From contig CAWKFG010000001.1 of NCBI GenBank assembly GCA_963848965.1, positions 256,001-320,000 of the forward strand: 64,000 nucleotides of DNA, given 5' to 3'. This document shows, piece after piece, positions 47,126 to 56,473 of the stretch (position 1 is the stretch's first letter; each line of letters begins with the position of its first letter). The notes under the pieces are model-generated. The model did no database searches and was not told where the DNA came from. It was given only the letters and a program-made list of their open reading frames with translations. Source of the stretch: an uncultured bacterium. GTDB taxonomy: Bacteria > Babelota > Babeliae > Babelales > Babelaceae. Both the position numbers and the translations under genes were made by a program.

Positions 47126-48134
47126 AGAGCAGATCCTTTTATTTAAAATATTTTTATATACATGTAGTGCTCACTTGTTACTTTTACTTTCATGTTTCTT
47201 CGCAGAAAAATATTTGCGTACTACTTATACTGTGCTTTTTTCAGGCCGTCGTATAGGGTCAGGTGCTGCAGTAAGCTTTGGAAAAGGAACAAAAAAAGGA
47301 CAAGGCACAGGATCTCTTCATCATAGTGTACCAGGAGCTGCGAAGCAGTTAGATACTACTTGCCAAAATACTCTTCCAAAGACTGTTCCTCAACATGAAG
47401 CTCCTAAGAAAGCAGAACCAAAAACTATAGAACCGCAAGAAAAACTACCTGAAAAAGCGCTTCAAAAATCTGGTAAAAAGGTACAAGCTGCTAAAAAGGA
47501 AACAAAACCAGCTGTTCCTCTGTATAGCGAATTAAAAAGAAACTATTCGACGCTCAAAACTGCTCATAAAGCTCAGCCTAAAGAGTTTGAAAAGCAAGCT
47601 CCTCTAATTAAGCCTCAAGAACCAGTAAAAAAAGAGGAGCCAAAAAAAGAAGCTGTGCAAGAGAAAAAAGTGCAACCAGAGCCTAAAAAGGAAGTGGTTA
47701 CTCAAGAAACGAAGCCAGAACCTAAAAAAGTTCAGGAAAAACCTCAAGAAGCTCCTTTAGCAAAAACATCAGAAGCTCTATTGCAGGTAGAACAAACTCA
47801 AGTAAATACTTTACCCGGTGCAGAAACTAATACTCTCCAGAGTGAAGGGCAACCTAATGGAGAAACACTCACTATTGATTTTTCAGATACGGTCATAGCA
47901 GACAGATTTATGAGAGAAATTAGCCAAGCGATAGCACGGTATTTTAGGAAGCCTCTTGGATTTGATGATCATGAACATTTTACTATTTCTTTTGAGATAT
48001 GTGACCAAAAAGCGCGTAATATAAGTGCACGTGGCTCAGAACCGCTGATACTGTATGCAGCGCTTAAAGAGGCACTGCTCAAAGCTACTTTTTCAGGGAT
48101 ATATACTCCTACAAAAGTAGAACTCGTATATTAA
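47097..48134 (+). CDS. TolA/TonB-like energy transducer
   Basis: N-terminal TM with S.H (SAHLLLL), Lys/Glu/Pro-rich stalk, position between tolR and tolB. Confidence 0.7.
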   Translation: MLFYLHRRPREQILLFKIFLYTCSAHLLLLLSCFFAEKYLRTTYTVLFSGRRIGSGAAVSFGKGTKKGQGTGSLHHSVPGAAKQLDTTCQNTLPKTVPQHEAPKKAEPKTIEPQEKLPEKALQKSGKKVQAAKKETKPAVPLYSELKRNYSTLKTAHKAQPKEFEKQAPLIKPQEPVKKEEPKKEAVQEKKVQPEPKKEVVTQETKPEPKKVQEKPQEAPLAKTSEALLQVEQTQVNTLPGAETNTLQSEGQPNGETLTIDFSDTVIADRFMREISQAIARYFRKPLGFDDHEHFTISFEICDQKARNISARGSEPLILYAALKEALLKATFSGIYTPTKVELVY

Positions 48135-48151
48135 ACAAGTAGGGGACTCTT

Positions 48152-49429
48152 ATGCTTATTATTATACCATTCGTACTCTTTTCCTTTTCTCTTTTTTCAT
48201 CGTTACGCATTGAAATGGATGGAGAACATCAATCTCTGAAAGCACCAATGAAACTTCTTCTTGCAATTGCATCAGACGATGATGAGCTCACAGAACTTGC
48301 AAAGATTATACAAGATAACTTTCAACGGAGTGGCCAATTTGTAGTTACTGTAGATATCCAAGAACATCCAAAAACTAAATCTGAAGTAAAAAAAATCTTT
48401 TCTTCTGGTTATTCACTCGTTACTTTTCTTAATCAAGCCGATAACAACAAATCATTTGAATGGCGCTTGTACGATGCTGTAGAGGCGCATATGGTAAAGG
48501 GCAAAAAGGTGCCCAAAAGCTTTTCCCTTCGCTCTCAAGCTAATAGCCTCTCTGACGACTTGTGGTATACGCTGACACACCAACCAAGCTCATTCTCTTC
48601 AAAGATAGCATATACTAAGAAACTTACAGGTGCTCATCGTCATCAATCTTCTATTTGTTTCTCTAATGCTGATGGCTCTGATAGCCAAATATTTATAGCC
48701 GCCCCCGGCACGTACGTTGGCCTTTATTGGCACAAAGACGGAGGGGAGCCTCTACTTTTCTGCTCAGAATTTACTCGCTTTAACGTACGTCTTATCTCCT
48801 TTACTCCTACCGCTCAGAAAAAGATTGTTCTTGATCTTAATGGAACGTGTGTAGGTATATCATTATCTGACGATACGTCAAAAGCCCTCTATTGCCGTTC
48901 TGGTGACATATGGCTCTATGCCTACGACTCTGCCATAAAAAGGGGCTCTCATAAGTGTCTTATTAAGAATGATGGCAAGAACATGTCACCCATCTTGTTA
49001 CCAAATAATGACATTATATTCTGTTCTGATTCACATAAGCTGTCACCCAAATTTCGAGGGCCGCACATCTATCTCTATTCACCTTCAACAGGTACTACAA
49101 AACAGCTGACCAAAGATGGATTCTGCGTAGGACCTGCATACTGTCCAAGAACCCAAAAACTTGCCTACTCCAAGCGAGTCAACGGAACAATGCAAATATA
49201 CCTCTATGACATGAAAACTGATAAGCATATTCAACTTACTACTGATAAAGGTGATAAGCTCGATTGCTGCTGGTCGCCATGCGGAACGTACCTCGCCTTC
49301 TGCCATCAACAGAACCGCACAAGCCGCATAGCTACTATGCATGCTGTACTCAAAAAACGCTTCTATATTACGCCTGAAAACCAGTACTGTTCGTGCCCTG
49401 CATGGTCAGATACTTCTGCTAGTCAGTGA
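48152..49429 (+). CDS. tolB: TolB-like beta-propeller protein
   Basis: TolB N-domain-like start, PD40-like repeats (QLT, WSPCG, PAWS), operon context. Confidence 0.8.
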   Translation: MLIIIPFVLFSFSLFSSLRIEMDGEHQSLKAPMKLLLAIASDDDELTELAKIIQDNFQRSGQFVVTVDIQEHPKTKSEVKKIFSSGYSLVTFLNQADNNKSFEWRLYDAVEAHMVKGKKVPKSFSLRSQANSLSDDLWYTLTHQPSSFSSKIAYTKKLTGAHRHQSSICFSNADGSDSQIFIAAPGTYVGLYWHKDGGEPLLFCSEFTRFNVRLISFTPTAQKKIVLDLNGTCVGISLSDDTSKALYCRSGDIWLYAYDSAIKRGSHKCLIKNDGKNMSPILLPNNDIIFCSDSHKLSPKFRGPHIYLYSPSTGTTKQLTKDGFCVGPAYCPRTQKLAYSKRVNGTMQIYLYDMKTDKHIQLTTDKGDKLDCCWSPCGTYLAFCHQQNRTSRIATMHAVLKKRFYITPENQYCSCPAWSDTSASQ

Positions 49430-49438
49430 CGCTTTTTT

Positions 49439-49824
49439 AAGGGGCTCTGCCCCTTGTACCCCGCTAGGGCCTTGGCCCTAGAACCCATTTGCTTCTTTTT
49501 GTTCTTTTTCTGCGTTAAAAAACGCTGAGCGTTTTTTAACAATAGCAGTCGCTACGCGATTTAAGCAACCAGGGGAACTCCCTGGTTGCCCGTTGCTGAC
49601 TTACGTTCTACTTACTGGTATTTCATACCAAAGGTAACTCTGTAATCACACCGTCGGCAGCAGGGGTGCGTTCCACCCCTGATGGAGATTCCCGGAGGGA
49701 CTGCTATTGCAAAAAATCAGCATGATTTTTTGCTTTAAAAGAACAAGCGAGGAGCTTTAGCTCTGAAGCTATAAAGCGGGTTGCAAGGGTACACCCTTGC
49801 TGGGGTTACAGGGGCAAAGCCCCT
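49439..49824 (+). other. Quasi-symmetric multi-hairpin structured element (ncRNA, ssDNA structure or MITE-like)
   Basis: Five mirrored hairpin pairs joined by long-range complementary segments; see findings. Confidence 0.8.
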
Positions 49825-49895
49825 AGCTAAGTAGACAGTTAGCCTGCCGTAGTCATGATCGCAGGAGAAGGCAAAAACTCTTGTGTAAAGAACTA

Positions 49896-49924
49896 TCGAC
49901 AAAATAGTGCTTTGAGGGTATACT
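49896..49924 (+). promoter_or_regulatory. Sigma70-like promoter of ftsH
   Basis: TCGACA-17nt-TATACT. Confidence 0.55.
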
Positions 49925-50036
49925 ATTAGTATTAATAGGCTAAAAAATAAGCATATCTATTTTGTTTCTCGTAAGGCCGCATAGATAAAGCTGCGGAGAG
50001 TAAAAAATACAAGGTTTTTCAACAAGTGAGTGTCGT

Positions 50037-51857
50037 ATGAAAAAAATAAACATTAAAAATTTTAAAGGGGGCCCTGGCAATCTGTTTATTATAGCAGTGT
50101 TCCTCTTAGGTACCCTCTTTGCTGTATTTAAGCTGGCGGAGCTTAATAGGGCAACGGAGAGTATTAAGTATTCTACGTTTCTAAAGAGATTAGAGGCCAA
50201 TAAGATTCAGGCTGTTGAAGCTAATGGTTCAGAGATTAGAGGGCTCTATCGTGATGGCGGTCGTTTTGAGACGGTAATTCCAGATAATCCTAAGATCTGG
50301 GATATGTTACGAGAGCATAATGTAGAGGTTGCGATTATTTCGCCATCGTCTACTGATTTTGGACTCTGGCATCTTTTGTATCTCTTGCCGTTTATTATGA
50401 CATTGCTTTTTATTTGGTACTTTTTCAGACAATCAAGAAGCTCGGGTGGCAATGGTGGTAATATCTTTAGTATGAGTAAAAGTAAAGCTAAGATGTTTAT
50501 GCCTGCCCAGATTAAAGTAACTTTTGATTCGGTTGCTGGTGCTGCTGAAGCAAAAGAAGAGCTCAAAGATGTTGTAGACTTTTTAAGAAGTCCTGAAAAG
50601 TATAAAAGGTTGGGTGCCAAGCTAACGAGAGGTGTCCTCTTGGTAGGTGAACCGGGTAATGGTAAGACCTTACTTGCAAAGGCAGTTGCTGGAGAAGCAA
50701 ATTGTCCTTTCTTTAGTGTAAGTGGTTCTGACTTTATTGAAGTATTTGTGGGTGTTGGTGCTGCTCGTGTAAGAGACTTGTTTATGCAAGCACGACGTCA
50801 TGCTCCGAGTATTGTGTTTATCGATGAGATAGATGCTGTCGGTCGTCAGCGTGGCAGTGGCCTTGGTGGCGGTCATGACGAGCGTGAACAGACACTCAAC
50901 CAGCTACTGACAGAGATGGACGGTTTTGATACAGGGCAGTCGTCTGTTATTGTATTAGCTGCGACTAATAGGCCAGATGTGCTTGATAAAGCTCTTTTGC
51001 GTCCAGGTCGTTTTGACAGAAGTGTCTATGTTCCTTTTCCAGATCTTATAAGTAGAGAAGAGATTCTTCGTGTCCATGCACAAGGCGTTAAAATGGATAA
51101 GGGTATAGATCTTCATAGAGTAGCACGAGGAACTCCAGGATTTACTGGAGCAGATCTAGCGAATCTTATTAACGAAGCTGCTATTAATGCTTCTAAAAAT
51201 AATCAAGCTATGGTCCTATTACCTGATTTTGAAGAAGCACGAGATAAGATATTACTTGGTAAAGAAAGAAAGACGGTAGTACTCTCTGACCATGAACGAA
51301 AAATAACTGCATTCCATGAAGCAGGACATACGCTTATTAGAGTTCTGTTACCAAATGAGACAGATCCTCTTCATAAGGTTACTATTGTGCCTCGTGGAAG
51401 AGCGCTGGGCGTTTCTTTCTCATTGCCAGAACGAGAACGTCATAGTATCTCCAAGGAAGAAAAACTTGCAGATATTACGGTAGCACTTGGCGGCCGTGCT
51501 GCTGAAGAGCTTATGTTTAATCGTCTTGAAACAGGAGCGTATGACGACTTTAAGAAGGCTACCGAAATTGCTCGTAATATGGTATGCTATTATGGTATGT
51601 CCAGCTCATTAGGACCTGTCGTTTATCAGCGTGAAGATGGTGAACCGAACTACTCTCCAGAGACAGCACGCCAAATTGACCAAGAAATACGATCAATAAT
51701 GGATCTTTGCTACCAACGAGCTATCAAATTATTGGGTGAAAATAAAGATAAGCTTTCTAAGCTTGCAGAAGCTCTTTTAGAAAAAGAGACGCTCTTTGCA
51801 GCAGAAGTATACGACCTTCTTGGTCTTGAACCTCGTGAAGGGCATTTATTCCATTAA
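50037..51857 (+). CDS. ftsH: ATP-dependent zinc metalloprotease FtsH
   Basis: Two [31 protein letters not shown]. Confidence 0.98.
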   Translation: MKKINIKNFKGGPGNLFIIAVFLLGTLFAVFKLAELNRATESIKYSTFLKRLEANKIQAVEANGSEIRGLYRDGGRFETVIPDNPKIWDMLREHNVEVAIISPSSTDFGLWHLLYLLPFIMTLLFIWYFFRQSRSSGGNGGNIFSMSKSKAKMFMPAQIKVTFDSVAGAAEAKEELKDVVDFLRSPEKYKRLGAKLTRGVLLVGEPGNGKTLLAKAVAGEANCPFFSVSGSDFIEVFVGVGAARVRDLFMQARRHAPSIVFIDEIDAVGRQRGSGLGGGHDEREQTLNQLLTEMDGFDTGQSSVIVLAATNRPDVLDKALLRPGRFDRSVYVPFPDLISREEILRVHAQGVKMDKGIDLHRVARGTPGFTGADLANLINEAAINASKNNQAMVLLPDFEEARDKILLGKERKTVVLSDHERKITAFHEAGHTLIRVLLPNETDPLHKVTIVPRGRALGVSFSLPERERHSISKEEKLADITVALGGRAAEELMFNRLETGAYDDFKKATEIARNMVCYYGMSSSLGPVVYQREDGEPNYSPETARQIDQEIRSIMDLCYQRAIKLLGENKDKLSKLAEALLEKETLFAAEVYDLLGLEPREGHLFH

Positions 51858-51947
51858 TCATAAGAATTGAAAAAAAAGCTAAGTATAGTAAACTATACAA
51901 AGAATAGCTGAAAATTTTGATACATCGCAAGAAAGGATTTAGATAGT

Positions 51948-52151
51948 ATGTCACGTATATGTGTATCATGTGGTAAGAAACCACAGGTGGCTAATATTGT
52001 GAGCCACGCAAATAATCGTACAAAAAAGTGGGTCTATCCCAATGTGCATAAGATGCGCTTTATCTTTGTAGAATGCCCAGATAAGGGAGTACACAGAGGG
52101 AGTGTATGTACAAAATGTGTGAAAGCCCAAAAAGTTCAAAAAGTTGTTTAA
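51948..52151 (+). CDS. rpmB: 50S ribosomal protein L28 (zinc-ribbon form)
   Basis: MSRICVSCGK...VSHANNRTKK..PN...CTKC. Confidence 0.93.
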   Translation: MSRICVSCGKKPQVANIVSHANNRTKKWVYPNVHKMRFIFVECPDKGVHRGSVCTKCVKAQKVQKVV

Positions 52152-52169
52152 TAGAGGTATTAAAGATTC

Positions 52170-52451
52170 ATGGCAAACACAAAGTCTGCTCAAAAACAAG
52201 CAAAACAAAGTGAAAAACGTCGAGTTCGAAATCTTGCTCGACGCACTTCTATAAAAACTGCAGTTAAAAAAGCTGTTACCGCAATTGAAGGAAAAGCGGG
52301 TACTGAAAAAGTACAAACATTGCTTAAAGATGTTGAAGCAAAACTTGCTCGCGCAAAAAGCAAGGGTATTATGCACAAAAATACCGCTGCTCGCAAGCTT
52401 AGTCGCTTAACAAAACGAGCACAGAAAGTGCAAGCTCAACCTGCAGCTTAA
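52170..52451 (+). CDS. rpsT: 30S ribosomal protein S20
   Basis: MANTKSAQK...KGIMHKNTAARKLSRL. Confidence 0.96.
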   Translation: MANTKSAQKQAKQSEKRRVRNLARRTSIKTAVKKAVTAIEGKAGTEKVQTLLKDVEAKLARAKSKGIMHKNTAARKLSRLTKRAQKVQAQPAA

Positions 52452-52460
52452 AAAAGATAT

Positions 52461-52500
52461 AAAAAACACCGAGGCAAAAAACCTCGGTGTTTTTGTTTTT
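52461..52500. terminator. Bidirectional terminator
   Basis: AAAAACACCGAGG-CAAAAAA-CCTCGGTGTTTTT. Confidence 0.85.
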
Positions 52501-52510
52501 ATACAGAATT

Positions 52511-53584
52511 TTAAGAAGCACGTGCTCTAAAGAAAGCGTACTTCTGGTCTAGCTTTTTAGCGAGCCATGGTACTGTAAATCCAAGCACGAGTCCGCTCAG
52601 CCATGCCCCAGATCGTTTTTTAATATCAGCTGATCTTGCCGGATTAGAGTGGTTAAGAGATCGTTGGAGTACTATAAGACTTGCTCCAAGGCCTCCTAAG
52701 CTGCCCCATCGTTGTGATTTTGTAAGCTGCGGTGATGTCCATAAGTGCTGTGCAACCATACCATACACAAATGCTGCGAGTCCTTCAGAGATAAGCTCAG
52801 GAGTAATGAATGGTGCTTGAGGAGCAGGACGAGTTGCATGTACTGTATGTGGATTGCCTACAGGGACGGCTTCTGGTTTTTCGTCTGCTGTATGTTTATA
52901 GCGTCTTACGTTAGGCATATCTTCTATATGACGTTTACAATGAGGACATGCCCGATCTGTTGAACTTTCTACAAGCTCGGTAAAACATACTGTATGATAG
53001 AGAGCTGCACAGTGAGCAGAACATTGTGTTACAAGGTCCTCTGCTTGAAATCGACCTTGGCAGAAATTACACTGTGTTTGGTCTACAGCGGGGTTATTCG
53101 ATGCTTGTGCTGCAGGTTTTGCTTGAGATGCTACTGGAATTTTTGTAGCTGTAGGAGCTGGCGTCTTTGGTGTAGGTGCTTTTGGTGCTGGAGCCTGCGG
53201 TGCTTGTGCAGGAGCAGCTGCTTTCTGAAGTTCGGTAATTGCTTTACGCATAAAAGCTTTTGGCATTTGAAACATTTTTCCGCTACAACTAGGACAAGGA
53301 AATGAGTTATCCATACTATATTTATAATTTATTGATTGTTGAGCAGCTTTATTCTTTTCAAAACAAGCGGGATGGTAACCCACTGTTTTGCAATTGAAAG
53401 GACACCGTGTTATAAGATCCGCTTCTTCAAACTCTACATAACAAATACCACATGCTACGGGATCAACTTCTTTAAAATCTTCAAGTTTAAGCTCTTTTGG
53501 TTGTTGATTCATACAAGAGCTCATTGATGTAGTAAGCATAATGCTTGTAAAGATAAGTAAATACTTTGTTCTAAATAGTTTCAT
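52511..53584 (-). CDS. Secreted/membrane protein with two C4HC3 RING-variant zinc fingers
   Basis: Two C-x2-C-x12-C-x3-C-x4/5-H-x2-C-xn-C-x2-C motifs, Pro/Ala linker, hydrophobic C-terminus; ATG 53584 preceded by GGAG. Confidence 0.8.
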   Translation of the reverse strand: MKLFRTKYLLIFTSIMLTTSMSSCMNQQPKELKLEDFKEVDPVACGICYVEFEEADLITRCPFNCKTVGYHPACFEKNKAAQQSINYKYSMDNSFPCPSCSGKMFQMPKAFMRKAITELQKAAAPAQAPQAPAPKAPTPKTPAPTATKIPVASQAKPAAQASNNPAVDQTQCNFCQGRFQAEDLVTQCSAHCAALYHTVCFTELVESSTDRACPHCKRHIEDMPNVRRYKHTADEKPEAVPVGNPHTVHATRPAPQAPFITPELISEGLAAFVYGMVAQHLWTSPQLTKSQRWGSLGGLGASLIVLQRSLNHSNPARSADIKKRSGAWLSGLVLGFTVPWLAKKLDQKYAFFRARAS

Positions 53585-53683
53585 AAAGATCTCCATTAAA
53601 ATGCTGCAAAAAAATTATTTATATCTTAAAATTGATTACTTTAGTTTTTAAACTATACCATATTCTGTAAAAACCTTAAATGG

Positions 53684-55426
53684 TTAGTCAGAGTTTGGTG
53701 CTGAAAGCTTAGGTGAACTTTTTTGTTCTACAAGTTCTGCATATTTTTTAAGGAACTTTTGTGCTACTTTAATAGCAACCGATGAAGATCCTGCATTTTC
53801 AATAAGCACCACTAATGTATGAGGATCATGGTCTTTGTAGCGAAAATACGCAGCGAACCAAGCGTGATGTACAAACTCTTTTCCAAGATTGCTTTTTTCT
53901 AGGCTACACGTTTGTGCAGTTCCTGTTTTTCCATATATTTTAAAGCTTTGTAGTAAATTGCGTAGGTAAAGTCCTGTACCATGTTTGATCACTTCTTCCA
54001 TACATCCTTTTATAAAATGGAGGGTATCTGAGCGTAAAGCAATAGGCCGCTTTGAGATAGGTTCTAGTGCTAAAATACGGGGTTGAACAAAATAGCTTTC
54101 GCAGAGTGCAGAGATCATACAAGCAATTTGCATAGGAGTTACAAGGATAAATGATTGACCAATAGCAGCTGAAAGAGTTTCCCCGGGCCACCAGCGTTCA
54201 CCTTTTGCTTTCTTTTTCCAAGCACTTGTAGGAACAAGTCCTGTTTTTTCATGGAACAAGATATTTGTCTTAGCGCCCAATCCTAATTTGTAAGCATACT
54301 CTGCAAGAGTGTCAATTTTAATCTTTTTGGCTATCTCAAAAAAGGGTATATTGCACGAGTGAGCTAATGCTTGTTCAGTAGAAAGGGCACCATGACCTGT
54401 CTGTTTTGAGCAGCGGTATGCTCGGTCTGCAAACATAGAATAGCCAAAACAGTACCATCGAGTTTCTGGTGTTATAATATATGATTCAAGAGCAGCGCTG
54501 AGTGTTACAAATTTAAAAAGAGATGCAGGAGGAACAAGTGCACTTAATGCACGGTTAATGAAACTTTTTTTCTCTTGTAATGCTTGCCATTCTTCAGGAT
54601 TAATAGCACGCAAAAATATATTAGGATCAAAAGATGGTCTTGAAAGAATAACTTCAACCGCTCCTGTTCGTGGATTCAATACTATACAAGTTCCATCATA
54701 CTCTGTAGGAAATACTTCCTCGGCTATAAGCTGTAATCCTAAATTGAGATTTGTTTGTAACGTATCTCCTGCATGAGCTTGTTTTACTTGATAAGATGCT
54801 AAGTTGTGCCCAATTGAGTTTATTATTTTAATAATCTCACCAGATTGCCCTTTAAGAGCATCATTACATACAAGCTCTAGCCCCATTTTACCGGTAGCTT
54901 CTAAATCGAGTCCTAGATATCCTACCACATGACTTGCTATCTGTTTGTGTGGATAAAATCGCTTAAACTCTTTGTGTATAATAATATTTTTGTGATTAGG
55001 GAAATATTCAAGGATTCTACTAAGCTGTTCAAAGGTTATGTCATAGGCAATTTGTACGCGCTGTCGTTGTTTTTCTGCAGTCGTAAGTTTTTCTATACTA
55101 TCATCTTGAAGGGGAATAATTTCTTGTAATGTTTCTAGTATCTGAGTATGTTCTGCAGAAAGTTTTCTTTCGCCTCTACCTTGCCAATGAATACTGTATA
55201 CTGGTCGATTAGTAGCAAGGAGATTGCCTTCTGCATCTATGATGTTCCCTCGGGGAGAGCTTATTTTTTCGTAGCGCAAAAAGTTCTGTTGACCAAGCCT
55301 GAAAAAGTTAAGCTGTAAATTAACTTGTAAGTGAAAAAGGTATAAAACAATAGCGCTGAAAGCGCAGAAAACAATTCCTATAACAATCTTTAGTCGGTTT
55401 GTAAGCAGGCGCGAAAGAAGTTCCAT
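53684..55426 (-). CDS. mrdA: Penicillin-binding protein 2 (class B)
   Basis: PRGNIID, SxxK (SLFK), SxN (SCN), KTGTAQ, HAWF. Confidence 0.9.
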   Translation of the reverse strand: MELLSRLLTNRLKIVIGIVFCAFSAIVLYLFHLQVNLQLNFFRLGQQNFLRYEKISSPRGNIIDAEGNLLATNRPVYSIHWQGRGERKLSAEHTQILETLQEIIPLQDDSIEKLTTAEKQRQRVQIAYDITFEQLSRILEYFPNHKNIIIHKEFKRFYPHKQIASHVVGYLGLDLEATGKMGLELVCNDALKGQSGEIIKIINSIGHNLASYQVKQAHAGDTLQTNLNLGLQLIAEEVFPTEYDGTCIVLNPRTGAVEVILSRPSFDPNIFLRAINPEEWQALQEKKSFINRALSALVPPASLFKFVTLSAALESYIITPETRWYCFGYSMFADRAYRCSKQTGHGALSTEQALAHSCNIPFFEIAKKIKIDTLAEYAYKLGLGAKTNILFHEKTGLVPTSAWKKKAKGERWWPGETLSAAIGQSFILVTPMQIACMISALCESYFVQPRILALEPISKRPIALRSDTLHFIKGCMEEVIKHGTGLYLRNLLQSFKIYGKTGTAQTCSLEKSNLGKEFVHHAWFAAYFRYKDHDPHTLVVLIENAGSSSVAIKVAQKFLKKYAELVEQKSSPKLSAPNSD

Positions 55427-55429
55427 AGT

Positions 55430-56293
55430 TCACGTTGATGTCTTTGTAATATATCGCTCGGTACTTATACGAGTTTTGTGGCCTAACAGCTCTTGAACAG
55501 TTTCTACATCTGCTCCATTTGATAACAGATGTGTAGCAAAGGAATGACGTAACATATGAGGAGTAAGTACCTGCTTATTTTCAAAACACTCACGAAACAT
55601 AACGCAGATTCTTTGTATTGATCGAGAGGTTAATGGAGTATTACGATAATTGAGAAAAAGTCGTTCATGTTGGCTTTTTACTTCAGTTCGTTCATGTGTT
55701 AAATATGCTTTAATTCGCTCAAGTGCTTTTACACCAAAAAATACAGTACGTTCCTTTTTCTTTTTATTTCGTATAACAATAGAACGATTGGTAAAATCTA
55801 TTGCTTGCATTTCTATAGCTACAAGTTCAGAGCAGCGTATACCTGTTGCATACAAAAGCTCTATAATTGCTTTATCACGAAAAGGATACTTCGTAGATAA
55901 TGCATCAGGCTCTATACCATCCATAAGATGAAAAACGGCATTTACCTCAATAGTAGCCGGCTTTTTCAACGTTACATGAGGGCGCTTAAGAGATACTTTT
56001 AAACGAACACCCTGTGTACGTAAGAATCGCTTAAAAGAATTAAGACACGATATCTTTCGAGCAATTGAGCTGGTATGCATAGAAATTGAAAAAAGTGCAG
56101 CCGCAAAACGCTTAAAGGCCTCTTCTAGAAGAACTTCTCTTTGTTCTTGTTTTTCAAGAGTATTCCAAAAGGCTATACATTGCAAGAGATCGGCTTTATA
56201 TGCTTTTTGTGTATGCTCACTTGCTTTTCTTTCTTGTGCTAAATAGGTAAGAAATTCTTCTTTTTTGTTTAAGAATTCTACTTTGGTCATCAT
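55430..56293 (-). CDS. Tyrosine recombinase, XerC/XerD-like
   Basis: LLYATGIRCSEL, HMLRHSFATHLL, LLGH, terminal Y. Confidence 0.88.
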   Translation of the reverse strand: MMTKVEFLNKKEEFLTYLAQERKASEHTQKAYKADLLQCIAFWNTLEKQEQREVLLEEAFKRFAAALFSISMHTSSIARKISCLNSFKRFLRTQGVRLKVSLKRPHVTLKKPATIEVNAVFHLMDGIEPDALSTKYPFRDKAIIELLYATGIRCSELVAIEMQAIDFTNRSIVIRNKKKKERTVFFGVKALERIKAYLTHERTEVKSQHERLFLNYRNTPLTSRSIQRICVMFRECFENKQVLTPHMLRHSFATHLLSNGADVETVQELLGHKTRISTERYITKTST

Positions 56294-56473
56294 AAACCTC
56301 TGATTATAAGCGTCGTGTAATACGCAAATTGTCGTATCTACTATACCATTATTCAGTCAAATTTAAAAATTTTTAAGGTTGCTCAAAAAAAGAGCTGGTA
56401 AAGTGCTTGCTCTTTTGTATTGACCATATTAGAGTAAAAAAAGAGACTTTGATAGGATGAACGAGGTATTACT

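Noticed and set aside
49619..49630. TATTTCATACCA, resembling a stretch of E. coli 6S RNA as I recall it
   Set aside because: 12-nt match within a hairpin apex; the overall architecture is not 6S-like
49439..49824. CRISPR array or simple terminator
   Set aside because: No direct repeats with spacers and no cas genes; far larger and more symmetric than a terminator
55430..56293. Tyrosine recombinase as prophage or island integrase
   Set aside because: Xer-sized, tightly linked to mrdA, with no att repeats or phage genes
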